Origin: an uncultured Bacteroidales bacterium
GTDB lineage: Bacteria > Bacteroidota > Bacteroidia > Bacteroidales > JAFGXI01
Direction of reading: 5' to 3'
DNA length: 64,000 nucleotides
NCBI GenBank assembly: GCA_947311115.1
Contig: CAMZKE010000045.1
Span: 1,425-65,424, forward strand
In this document: in pieces, positions 7,931 through 15,941 of the stretch
How positions within the stretch are numbered: the stretch's first letter is position 1
Layout: each line of letters opens with the position of its first letter
Translations under genes and position numbers: made by a program
The notes under the pieces: generated by a model
Databases searched by the model: none
The model's input: the letters and a program-made list of their open reading frames with translations, nothing else
Told to the model about the DNA's origin: nothing

Positions 7931-10011
7931 TGTTAGAAAATTTAAACATAGAGAAACCAAAATATATTGACGGTATAGTAAAGTATAATGCCACATTAGA
8001 GGACACCTTAAAACTTGTTTCTTTGATTAGTTCAAGAGATAGTTATCAAGTTAAAGGATTAGCCGAAAAGTTAAAAGCTGGTACAGTAGAGCAAACAGCA
8101 CATAATATTTGGAATTTCTTAAAATCAAACATACCATATAAAGAGGACACACGAGGAACGGAACAAGTAAGAACGCCAGCACGAGTTATTGAGGACGCAA
8201 AAAATGGCATTGGCGTTGATTGTGATTGTATGACTACCTTAGTGAGTGCAATTTTAAAGGAATTAAACATTAAACATTATTACAAGGTTGTAGCTTGGCA
8301 GGGCGATAATTACGCACATATATATCCTGTTGCTATTGACAATAACGGCAATGAATACGCTATTGACGGAATACCTGAAATAATACAATTTAATGTTGAG
8401 TTACCGTATTCATCTGAATTAAAATTTAATCAAAATTATTATAAAATGGATTTACAAGAATTAAACGGCACAGTTGCAGAACTTGAAGAAAAGCAAATTG
8501 CTGACGACTTTTTTAATACGGAGTTAAGCGGTGCAAATACTGATGAGGATAGCGAGGAAAGTTTAGATAAATACTATTCTGAAAATTATCACGCTTTAAT
8601 GGGTAATTATATTGTTGTTGATGATGAGCAAGACGCTGAATTTATTTTAGCTGGTGCTGATTTTTTTGAGGGCATATTTTACAAACAAACGCAATTATTA
8701 CTATCAAATTTGCGTAAAGAAAAAGAAAACCCTACTTTTTTAAGTAAATATCAAAACACAGAAAAAGAAATTGCCATTGCTGAAACTGTTTTGGTGAATT
8801 GGAAAGAAGATATTTTGCCAGCAATTTTAACAGAGGCGATACAGGATAGTGATAAATACAAAGATTTTTATATCGAACTTCGCAAAGGTATAACCGAATA
8901 TACAAGAAATAACGAGTTAAACGGTGTTGAGGACTTTGATATTTATTTAAAAGCTATCGGCGAGGACGAATTAAACGAATTGGAGTTAAATGGCTCATTA
9001 GACGGTTGGTTTAAAAAGGCTTGGAATAAAGTTAAAACAGGCTTAAAAAAAGCTGGTAAAAAGGTTAAAAACGGACTTTTAAAAGTTGGGCGTAAACTTC
9101 ATAGAGTCGCAATGTTCCCTGCACGAGCAACGGTATTTCCTATATTGCGAGCTGGTGGCGGTATATTATTTTTAGCACGATACGCAAACCCTGCTGACTT
9201 AAAAAAGTCTGCTAAGTTAAGAGAAAAGAAACGCCGTGCTGATTTTATAGTACACAAACTTGTTAGAGTTTTAGGGTATAATTTATCAAAGTTTGATAAC
9301 CTTGTTAAAGCTGGTATAAAAACAGCTTTTGGTGGCGTTGATAAAGCCTTTGCAAGATTAAAAAGAGGTAAACAGTTATACGGTACAGAACTTAACGGCG
9401 AATTAGGATTTTGGGCAACAGCCGCAAGTGCTGTAATAGGTTTAATTGGTAAACTTTGGAAGTTTATACAAAAGATTTTCAAAAAGAAACCAAAAGACCC
9501 AAAATTAACGGCTGGTGATTTTGCAAACGGTAGTACTGCAAACAATAACGCTGGTAATGATAACAACGATAATGCTGGTAATGATGATTACGCTGGTAAC
9601 GATTACAACGATAATGCTGGTAACAATTCAAAAAGTACAAGAATGAGTACATCAAATACAAAAGAAGAGGGCGGAAAAACTAAAAACGCATCAATAGTTG
9701 CTAAAGCTAAAGAGTTTACGAAAAAACATAAAACTACTTTAATAATAGTATCTATTGTTATTGTGTTGTTGATTGTAGGTTTTGTTTTTTGGAAAAAAAG
9801 CCACAGCAAGCCGAAAAAACGCAGAAGTGTAAACGGTAGGCAAAAAGCCTTAAACGGAACAAGAGTTGTAACGAGTACAAGCGTTAAAACTATTGACACA
9901 GGAAAGCGTTTAAAACAAATGCACCGTATTGCAAAAAGAATGAGAAAACAATATCCGAACGCTAAATACTCCACTTTGTTAAAAAAAGCAAGTAAAGAGC
10001 TTAAAAAGTAG
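7930..10011 (+). CDS. large transglutaminase-like cysteine peptidase domain protein with amphipathic Lys-rich region, N/D/G low-complexity repeats and C-terminal TM
   Basis: Cys-His-Asp core pattern GVDCDCMTTLVSAIL...NYAHIYPVAID...YAIDG. Residues ~350-520 are Lys-rich amphipathic helices. NDNAGND repeats occur at 9540-9625. TM segment TTLIIVSIVIVLLIVGFVFW. TAATG coupling with the previous ORF. Confidence 0.6.
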   Translation: MLENLNIEKPKYIDGIVKYNATLEDTLKLVSLISSRDSYQVKGLAEKLKAGTVEQTAHNIWNFLKSNIPYKEDTRGTEQVRTPARVIEDAKNGIGVDCDCMTTLVSAILKELNIKHYYKVVAWQGDNYAHIYPVAIDNNGNEYAIDGIPEIIQFNVELPYSSELKFNQNYYKMDLQELNGTVAELEEKQIADDFFNTELSGANTDEDSEESLDKYYSENYHALMGNYIVVDDEQDAEFILAGADFFEGIFYKQTQLLLSNLRKEKENPTFLSKYQNTEKEIAIAETVLVNWKEDILPAILTEAIQDSDKYKDFYIELRKGITEYTRNNELNGVEDFDIYLKAIGEDELNELELNGSLDGWFKKAWNKVKTGLKKAGKKVKNGLLKVGRKLHRVAMFPARATVFPILRAGGGILFLARYANPADLKKSAKLREKKRRADFIVHKLVRVLGYNLSKFDNLVKAGIKTAFGGVDKAFARLKRGKQLYGTELNGELGFWATAASAVIGLIGKLWKFIQKIFKKKPKDPKLTAGDFANGSTANNNAGNDNNDNAGNDDYAGNDYNDNAGNNSKSTRMSTSNTKEEGGKTKNASIVAKAKEFTKKHKTTLIIVSIVIVLLIVGFVFWKKSHSKPKKRRSVNGRQKALNGTRVVTSTSVKTIDTGKRLKQMHRIAKRMRKQYPNAKYSTLLKKASKELKK

Positions 10012-10072
10012 ATTTATAGCGATTTGAGATAATTTAAAAAGTATTATTTATAAACCTTAAATATTTTTAAAA

Positions 10073-10813
10073 ATGGACGAGAATTTTAACAATTCAGAGC
10101 TAACAGAAGAAGAAATTGTTTTAGCTGGAATGGGCGGAAATGATGAAGATTTTACCGCAGAGGAAAACGAAAAAGATTTAGTTTTAGACGGAGATTTAGG
10201 ACGTTGGGGACGTAGAAGATACTCGCCAAAACGTTACAGACGTGTAAGAGTTGCTTCTATTGGTAAAAATACCGCCGCAAGTTTATTCAGAAAACAAGCC
10301 TTAGAACGTGTTTCTAAAATGTCGCCTGATGTTCAAAAGAAACTTATCAAAGGACAGGCTCAAATTTCTGATATGGTATATTATGCTTGTGGCGAACTTG
10401 CCGGACGTTCAGTTGATTTAGTTGATGAGAGTGTAAACCGTACACTTGGCGTTACTAACCTTGACGGTGGTAAGATTGACAAAGACAAAGAATTTGTTTT
10501 ATCGGCTGTTAAGTTTGCTTGGGACGATAACTCTTTAAAAGGTGCGTATGCAGACCCTATCCCTGCCGAAGTTATTAACGGTGAGTTTGAATTGCAGTTA
10601 AACGGTAAAAAAGTTATTGACAATATGCCAATGGCAATATTTACTGACGGTGTGAATGGTTACAATGTAAACAAGCCTTATGCTTATTACGTTTTAAACA
10701 ACCCTAAGCATATCAAACCGCAGACTACTATTGAGTTGGAAGTAAAAACAGCCTATAATGTAAATGGTTTCTTAAAAGTTTACTTAATCGGTACATCGGT
10801 TAAACCTTTTTAA
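10073..10813 (+). CDS. candidate major capsid protein: acidic leader, Arg-rich arm, beta-rich C-domain
   Basis: RWGRRRYSPKRYRRVRV arm, then a strand-rich C-half ending TIELEVKTAYNVNGFLKVYLIGTSVKPF. A strong terminator hairpin follows. The functional call is inference only. Confidence 0.35.
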   Translation: MDENFNNSELTEEEIVLAGMGGNDEDFTAEENEKDLVLDGDLGRWGRRRYSPKRYRRVRVASIGKNTAASLFRKQALERVSKMSPDVQKKLIKGQAQISDMVYYACGELAGRSVDLVDESVNRTLGVTNLDGGKIDKDKEFVLSAVKFAWDDNSLKGAYADPIPAEVINGEFELQLNGKKVIDNMPMAIFTDGVNGYNVNKPYAYYVLNNPKHIKPQTTIELEVKTAYNVNGFLKVYLIGTSVKPF

Positions 10814-10837
10814 CACACACAATTTTTATTAATAATT

Positions 10838-10880
10838 AAAGCGTACAGGTAATAGTTGTACGCTTTTAATTAATTTTTTT
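10838..10880 (+). terminator. rho-independent terminator after the candidate capsid gene
   Basis: 10-bp stem AAAGCGTACA / TGTACGCTTT (10838-10847 with 10857-10866), followed by a T-rich run. Confidence 0.6.
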
Positions 10881-10898
10881 AACTTAAAATTTTAACAA

Positions 10899-11123
10899 AT
10901 GGCAATTTCAAAAAGGGCACAAATGGCGTTAAATGCTGTTAATTCATTTGACGAAGTGGACGCAAAAGATTTTAGTAATGCAATAACTTTTGGTAACAAA
11001 TATTTTAAAGTACGCCAATTTATAGCCACAGGCTTAAAAAAAGCTGAAAAAACAGAAAGTACAGAAAGTACAGAAAGTACAGAAAGTACAGAAAGTACAG
11101 AGGGTACAAGTGATAAATTGTAA
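10899..11123 (+). CDS. hypothetical protein with (TES)n tandem repeat
   Basis: 74-aa ORF; C-terminus is KTESTESTESTESTESTEGTSDKL. Confidence 0.45.
   Translation: MAISKRAQMALNAVNSFDEVDAKDFSNAITFGNKYFKVRQFIATGLKKAEKTESTESTESTESTESTEGTSDKL
11052..11105 (+). repeat. 9-bp tandem repeat ACAGAAAGT x5 plus one variant, in frame inside the 74-aa ORF
   Basis: Read directly. Confidence 0.9.
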
Positions 11124-11134
11124 AACAATAAGTA

Positions 11135-11473
11135 ATGCAAAAAATTCAAGCTATAAAAGTTGAGATACCAAACGGACAAGATACAATTACTGTTACTGAT
11201 GATTTAACAGTTGGTTATTCAAAGTTTACAGGTGTTGCCGTTGTCAATAGTCAAGCTGGTAACGATGTTTTAAAATCTGTAATGTTTGACGGCAAAGAAC
11301 TTTTGCCGAAAAATACAGAGGTTGCACTTATACAATCTACAACAAATGTTATTCCTGATGAGAGGTTTTTTTCTGTAAACGAAAAAAATCAAAACTCATC
11401 AATAGAATTAACAATAAAAGCAAGTAATACAGCAGGGCGTGCATATAACGTTTATTTAAGATTAGAAAAATAA
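11135..11473 (+). CDS. small beta-rich protein (candidate capsid or vertex component)
   Basis: 112 aa. The ending SSIELTIKASNTAGRAYNVYLRLEK parallels the C-terminus of the 246-aa protein. Confidence 0.35.
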   Translation: MQKIQAIKVEIPNGQDTITVTDDLTVGYSKFTGVAVVNSQAGNDVLKSVMFDGKELLPKNTEVALIQSTTNVIPDERFFSVNEKNQNSSIELTIKASNTAGRAYNVYLRLEK

Positions 11474-11475
11474 CG

Positions 11476-11802
11476 ATGTTACACAAAGTTAATGCAAGTA
11501 TAACAGGGCGTTTAATACCATTTAGAACGGAGTACAAACCTAAACGTAAAGAATTGTTAAAAGGTGTGTATTTCCCTAATTATAATAATTTAGTTAAGAG
11601 AAAAGCAACGTTAAGTATATTTATCAATAATGAAATAGTTATTGATGAAATGCACCCTGTTGATATTCATACTTCATTAAATAAACGTTTACGTGTTATT
11701 GATAGAATAATCAATGAGCCTGTTACTGTTATTTTTAAAGCTGATAGTGAAAAAACATTTTTTGTATCCTGTTATTTAGAAACACAAGTAATTGATGAGT
11801 AA
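11476..11802 (+). CDS. small beta-rich protein (candidate structural)
   Basis: 108 aa. The ending VTVIFKADSEKTFFVSCYLETQ repeats the same pattern more loosely. Confidence 0.3.
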   Translation: MLHKVNASITGRLIPFRTEYKPKRKELLKGVYFPNYNNLVKRKATLSIFINNEIVIDEMHPVDIHTSLNKRLRVIDRIINEPVTVIFKADSEKTFFVSCYLETQVIDE

Positions 11803-12136
11803 ATTAACCGAACATATTATTTTAAACGACCTAAAAAAACGAGGTATAACAAATTATACAATTAAAGAATATAATTTGATACGTCCAGACTTTATTAAGG
11901 TTGGTAAACGAGAGTTGATTTATTTACATTTATTTGAGGCAAGAACAAAAGAAAAAGGTTTTGATGTATTGTTATATTCTGATGAGGATAAAATATTGTA
12001 CACGCAAGAAAATACAGTAAAAACATTAGAAGTATATACAAGTAATATTCTAACAGTTTTTGAGAGTGATATTCGCTCGATAATAAAGGCTAAACCTGAA
12101 ACTTATTTTATTCAATTTTACAAAGTAACCTATTAA
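11792..12136 (+). CDS. hypothetical protein
   Basis: 114-aa ORF overlapping the previous ORF by 11 nt. No motif. Confidence 0.4.
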   Translation: MMSKLTEHIILNDLKKRGITNYTIKEYNLIRPDFIKVGKRELIYLHLFEARTKEKGFDVLLYSDEDKILYTQENTVKTLEVYTSNILTVFESDIRSIIKAKPETYFIQFYKVTY

Positions 12137-12147
12137 CACAAAAAGCA

Positions 12148-13104
12148 ATGAGTAAGAAAAGAATAATACAAGCCGAAAGCGATGAACAAATAAAAAATTT
12201 TGTTTCAACTTATAAATATTGGGCAATATTAGACGGTAGCGATGAGCTGGCAAATTCTAATATTGAGAATGTAGATTTTGAAAAAGAATTAATAAAAGCT
12301 ATTGATGTAGGTATTAAGAGAGGGCGACAATATTTAGTTATTCGTGTTGGAAGTAATGAGTATAATAGTCGTACCAATGATGAAATGGTAATAAGTTTAT
12401 CTAATTATACAAATCCAATTACAGAACAATACGCACCAAACACACAACCAAACGCACCAATTATTTTAAGTGGTCTTAACAAGCCGTTAAATAATACAGG
12501 CATAACAGCAACGGAAATGCAAACTTATTTAAACGGTGCATTAGAAAGGCAACAAAAGGAATTTGAGGCAATGAATAAAAGTACCCTTGCAGGCTTGCAG
12601 GCTGAAATGAAAAAACAGCAAGCTGAACAGGAAATTGCACTTTTAAAGCAAATGCACGAGCAACAAATGAATTTTGAACGCCAATTATTACAGCGTGAAC
12701 GTGAGGAGTTAGAACGTAAACAACGAGAGCTGGAAGTGGAACGAGAGGAGTTTGAATTTGAAAAACAAGAAAACAAAGAGGGTATAAAAGGATTTGTTTC
12801 AACACTTGCAGGCTTTGGACGTGATTTAGTGGACGATGTTTTGCCAAAAAAAGATAAAGAAGATACTGAGCTAAAAGGAACTGAAAATATTGACACTTCA
12901 AATGTTGATAATACAGAAACTTTACAATTTGAGGACACGGAAACAAACGATAACAACGAGGCAGATATAATTTTAGACGGCATAGAAAAAATGAGCAAAG
13001 AGGATTTGCAAGTTATACAGGAACTACTTGCCGAAAAATTAAAAGATAACAACACAGAAAAAAACAAAGAATTTACTAACGATAAAACGCAAGAAAATGA
13101 ATAA
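12148..13104 (+). CDS. coiled-coil, E/Q/K-rich protein with acidic tail (scaffold-like)
   Basis: Central QQKEFEAMNK...LQREREELERKQRELEVEREEFEFEKQE heptad-like stretch. D/E/T/N-rich C-terminus. Confidence 0.5.
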   Translation: MSKKRIIQAESDEQIKNFVSTYKYWAILDGSDELANSNIENVDFEKELIKAIDVGIKRGRQYLVIRVGSNEYNSRTNDEMVISLSNYTNPITEQYAPNTQPNAPIILSGLNKPLNNTGITATEMQTYLNGALERQQKEFEAMNKSTLAGLQAEMKKQQAEQEIALLKQMHEQQMNFERQLLQREREELERKQRELEVEREEFEFEKQENKEGIKGFVSTLAGFGRDLVDDVLPKKDKEDTELKGTENIDTSNVDNTETLQFEDTETNDNNEADIILDGIEKMSKEDLQVIQELLAEKLKDNNTEKNKEFTNDKTQENE

Positions 13105-13396
13105 GTATAATATTGAAGTAAGAGTAAACGATAACGGTAAAATAAAGAGCTTACATATAGATATGCAAGCGGAAAGTTTAACACACTTAGCAAGCGAAAT
13201 ACAAGGCTTGCAACAATTAAACAAAACTCTTTCGCACGATGATTTTATGCAAGCAAAAGAATTGATTATACAAAAACCGCAGTTAGTAACTACTATTAAA
13301 GAGGTTATTAACGAAACCGAAGATTTAAGCGAAACTCAAATGCTGATGAAAGCCCCGAGTTTAATTCGTAGATTTATTAAAGTATTAAAAGATTAG
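13097..13396 (+). CDS. hypothetical protein
   Basis: 99-aa ORF overlapping the previous ORF by 8 nt (ATGAATAA). Confidence 0.4.
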   Translation: MNKYNIEVRVNDNGKIKSLHIDMQAESLTHLASEIQGLQQLNKTLSHDDFMQAKELIIQKPQLVTTIKEVINETEDLSETQMLMKAPSLIRRFIKVLKD

Positions 13397-13400
13397 AAAA

Positions 13401-13835
13401 ATGAACCCTAAATTATTAGCCTTAGCCAGCAATTTAGATGTAAATAAGATAATAAAATACGTTATTATCCTTATTGTTGTTTTAATTGCAATTCGTTACA
13501 TTAAAAAGTATGTTAAAAAACATAAAAACGAGCAAGTAGTAGCCAATTTAGAGCAAGATATAAAGGTAAACAAATTATCTTATCCTTTATCTTATTATCC
13601 ATTATGGGCAGATGAGCTTTTTAAGGCAATGGACGGTATGGGAACTAATGAAGATGTTGTTTTTAAAATCTTTGGAAAACTTAAAACAAAAGATGATGTA
13701 TTGCAGTTAATTACAGCTTTTGGAGTGAAAAAAGAGGAAACATTAACGCAATGGCTTGTTGATGATTTAAGTGATGATGATAGAAACGCACTTAATCGTT
13801 TAATGAGTGATAAAAATATAAATTATCAGTTTTAA
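13401..13835 (+). CDS. membrane-anchored protein with a single annexin-type repeat
   Basis: TM segment IIKYVIILIVVLIAIRYI. Then WADELFKAMDGMGTNEDVVFKIFGKLKTKDDVLQLITAF matches the annexin repeat consensus A..L.KAM.G.GT.E..LI.I...R.......I as I remember it. Confidence 0.55.
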   Translation: MNPKLLALASNLDVNKIIKYVIILIVVLIAIRYIKKYVKKHKNEQVVANLEQDIKVNKLSYPLSYYPLWADELFKAMDGMGTNEDVVFKIFGKLKTKDDVLQLITAFGVKKEETLTQWLVDDLSDDDRNALNRLMSDKNINYQF

Positions 13836-13921
13836 ATGAAAAAGAAAAAAATACAAGTGTTTACCTATGTTGTAGGTGTTGATATTGTAGGACAACCTTT
13901 GATTGTAAAACATTATGTATA

Positions 13922-14410
13922 ATGAAAATAACAAAGAAAACATATACATTAATAGCAATATTATTAGTTGTTATAGTTTTATTTGTTATCATAACTCGTA
14001 AGAAAATGGCAGAGATAAAAGAATGTAGTTTTTTTGACACAAAAGAATTTGATAGCCCAGATGTTCAAGGAAGTGGCAAGAATATGCAACACACAACATT
14101 ATTAATGCTTTGTGAGGCTCGTAAAATTGCAAATGTACCGTTTAAAATAAATAGCGGTTTTAGAACTATTGAACACAATGCAAAAGTTGGCGGTGTTGTT
14201 AATTCAGCTCACACGAGAGGCTATGCAATAGATATAAGCACGCCAAACGGACACAATCAAAAATTAATTGTTAAGGCTTTAAGACAAGCAGGATTTAAAC
14301 GCTTTGGAATTTATACAAATTTTATTCACGCCGATAACGACCCTATAAAAAAACAGTTTGCATATTGGGGAACAGCAAAGGAACGTTTTAACCCTTTTCA
14401 TTTAGCATAA
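13922..14410 (+). CDS. peptidase M15A-type cell-wall hydrolase with N-terminal signal anchor (endolysin candidate)
   Basis: TM segment TYTLIAILLVVIVLFVIIT. Then INSGFRTIEHNAKVGGVVNSAHTRGYAIDIS...FIHADND (the H..D...H zinc-site pattern of Peptidase_M15_3). Confidence 0.75.
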   Translation: MKITKKTYTLIAILLVVIVLFVIITRKKMAEIKECSFFDTKEFDSPDVQGSGKNMQHTTLLMLCEARKIANVPFKINSGFRTIEHNAKVGGVVNSAHTRGYAIDISTPNGHNQKLIVKALRQAGFKRFGIYTNFIHADNDPIKKQFAYWGTAKERFNPFHLA

Positions 14411-14616
14411 TGATAATGAATAATGTTAAAACATATATAGCGGTGGTATTGTACTTTATTAACGAAAATATGAGTATTGATAATATATTGAGTTTATCTA
14501 TTGCAGTATTTACAGTTATATACTTATTGCTGGGTATTGTTTTAAAATTTAGAAAAGTTATTGAAAATGACTGCAAAACAAAGAAAAATATTAATAATAA
14601 TTTTAGTGATAATTAG
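14410..14616 (+). CDS. small two-TM membrane protein (holin or membrane-protein candidate)
   Basis: TAATG coupling to the M15 gene. Two hydrophobic segments: TYIAVVLYFI and LSLSIAVFTVIYLLLGIVL. Confidence 0.4.
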   Translation: MIMNNVKTYIAVVLYFINENMSIDNILSLSIAVFTVIYLLLGIVLKFRKVIENDCKTKKNINNNFSDN

Positions 14617-14671
14617 TGTTGTTGCTTCGTCATCGGCAACCATACTACAACTAAGTGAAGTAAAAAAATGA
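14567..14671 (+). CDS. possible 34-aa single-pass membrane peptide
   Basis: Manual translation MTAKQRKILIIILVIISVVASSSATILQLSEVKK. It overlaps the 3' end of the previous ORF in another frame, so only one of the two may be real. Confidence 0.25.
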   Translation: MTAKQRKILIIILVIISVVASSSATILQLSEVKK

Positions 14672-14781
14672 AAGGTTTAACAAGTCTTATAATACTGATA
14701 ATTATAGTGGCAATAGCATATTCAGTATATAAGAAGTATAAAACTTTTAATAAAATAAAGAACTTTTTAAAATTTTGGTAA
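14668..14781 (+). CDS. possible 37-aa single-pass membrane peptide
   Basis: Manual translation MKGLTSLIILIIIVAIAYSVYKKYKTFNKIKNFLKFW. ATGA overlap with the preceding small ORF. Confidence 0.3.
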   Translation: MKGLTSLIILIIIVAIAYSVYKKYKTFNKIKNFLKFW

Positions 14782-14782
14782 A

Positions 14783-15439
14783 ATGAGCAGATTTATAAAA
14801 ATTGCACTTGTTATGTTGGCTTTTGCTTTTGGTTTTTTCCTGTATAAAAAAGCAAAGGACAAAGAGAATGATAAAAAGAAAAACAATGAGTTAAACGGTG
14901 CATTAGACGGTTTTTTTGTTACCGAGAGTATAAAGAACTTAGATGAGCTTAAAAAACAGTACCGAAAATTAAGTATGATTTACCACCCGGACAAAGGGGG
15001 AAGTGTAGAGCAAATGCAGGCTTTAAATGATGAGTACGATAAGCTAAGGGCAAAACTTAAAGCTGGTGCAAACTTATCGGACGAGGAAAGCGATTTAGAG
15101 GACGAGCTGGACGAGGTTTACAAAGAAGTTATAAGCACTTTAATTTTAATACCAAACATTGATATAGAACTTATCGGCTCTTGGATTTGGATTAGTGGGA
15201 ACACGTACCCTATTAAAGATATGCTAAAAGATTTAAACTTCAAATTCGCACGTAACAAAAAAATGTGGTATTGGCACGGCGATACTCCATATAAAAAGAA
15301 ATCAAAAGTAAAATATTCTATTGATGAGATTAGAGAGATGTATAAAAACCAAAAGATACAAAAGAACTACGGCAATAGAATATTAAACGGCTTATACAAA
15401 GATATGAGCTATTTACAAGGACTTTTAAACTATCGTTAA
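14783..15439 (+). CDS. membrane-anchored J-domain (DnaJ-like) protein
   Basis: N-terminal TM FIKIALVMLAFAFGFFLY. J-domain LDELKKQYRKLSMIYHPDKGGSVEQMQALNDEYDKL with the HPD motif. Trp-rich C-terminal domain ELIGSWIWISGNTYPIKDMLKDLNFKFARNKKMWYWHG. Confidence 0.7.
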   Translation: MSRFIKIALVMLAFAFGFFLYKKAKDKENDKKKNNELNGALDGFFVTESIKNLDELKKQYRKLSMIYHPDKGGSVEQMQALNDEYDKLRAKLKAGANLSDEESDLEDELDEVYKEVISTLILIPNIDIELIGSWIWISGNTYPIKDMLKDLNFKFARNKKMWYWHGDTPYKKKSKVKYSIDEIREMYKNQKIQKNYGNRILNGLYKDMSYLQGLLNYR

Positions 15440-15440
15440 T

Positions 15441-15881
15441 ATGGGAAATGTTATAAGTAGTATATTAAACGGTGCAACAAAAGGCATATTAAACGGTGCA
15501 AATAATATTATTGATAATATTGTTACTAATAAAGAGGAAAAAACACAGCTAAAAAACGAACTTACAAAAATATTAACCGAAAATGCTAACATTCAAGAAC
15601 AGGAACTTACAAAGAGGTTACAATATGATATGTCTTCTGATAGTTGGCTGGCAAAGAACATAAGACCGTTATCATTAGTATTCACAACATTATTTATATT
15701 TGGTATTACTCTAACAGACGGTAATATTGGAAGTTTTACCATTAACACGGTTTACATTGATTTGTTTAAATCGCTGTTAATGGTGCAATACTCCTTTTAT
15801 TTTGGCTCTCGTGCATTAACTAAATCACTTGCTTATTTAGATAAGTTTGATATAAGACTTTTTGGAAAGAAAAAAAGATAA
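15441..15881 (+). CDS. holin-like membrane protein (resembles the 3TM gene-transfer-agent holin family)
   Basis: The N-terminal pattern GANNIIDNIVTNKEEKTQLKNELTKIL, followed by hydrophobic segments, resembles GTA_holin_3TM proteins from memory. Last + strand gene of the block. Confidence 0.4.
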   Translation: MGNVISSILNGATKGILNGANNIIDNIVTNKEEKTQLKNELTKILTENANIQEQELTKRLQYDMSSDSWLAKNIRPLSLVFTTLFIFGITLTDGNIGSFTINTVYIDLFKSLLMVQYSFYFGSRALTKSLAYLDKFDIRLFGKKKR

Positions 15882-15911
15882 CAGGTATTTGCTTTTTTTG
15901 TTTTTTGTGTT

Positions 15912-15941
15912 AAACGTCCTCTATTTTGAGGGCGTTTTTTT
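15912..15941. terminator. hairpin plus T-run between the convergent late block and the PIN gene
   Basis: AAACGTCCTC / GAGGGCGTTT (one mismatch), followed by TTTTTTT. Confidence 0.45.

Noticed and set aside
9099-9974. Minus-strand ORFs (155, 60 and 123 aa) inside the 693-aa gene; similar antisense ORFs in acnB (27271..27741, 28246..28638), sdhB (22804..23070) and elsewhere
   Set aside because: They are antisense to strongly motif-supported genes and have no start context or motifs.
12476-13224. Three long minus-strand ORFs (156, 222 and 61 aa) antisense to the coiled-coil gene
   Set aside because: They are low-complexity Ser/Leu/Phe-rich mirror translations of the E/K/Q-rich + strand gene. 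The + strand ORF fits the operon's coupling pattern.
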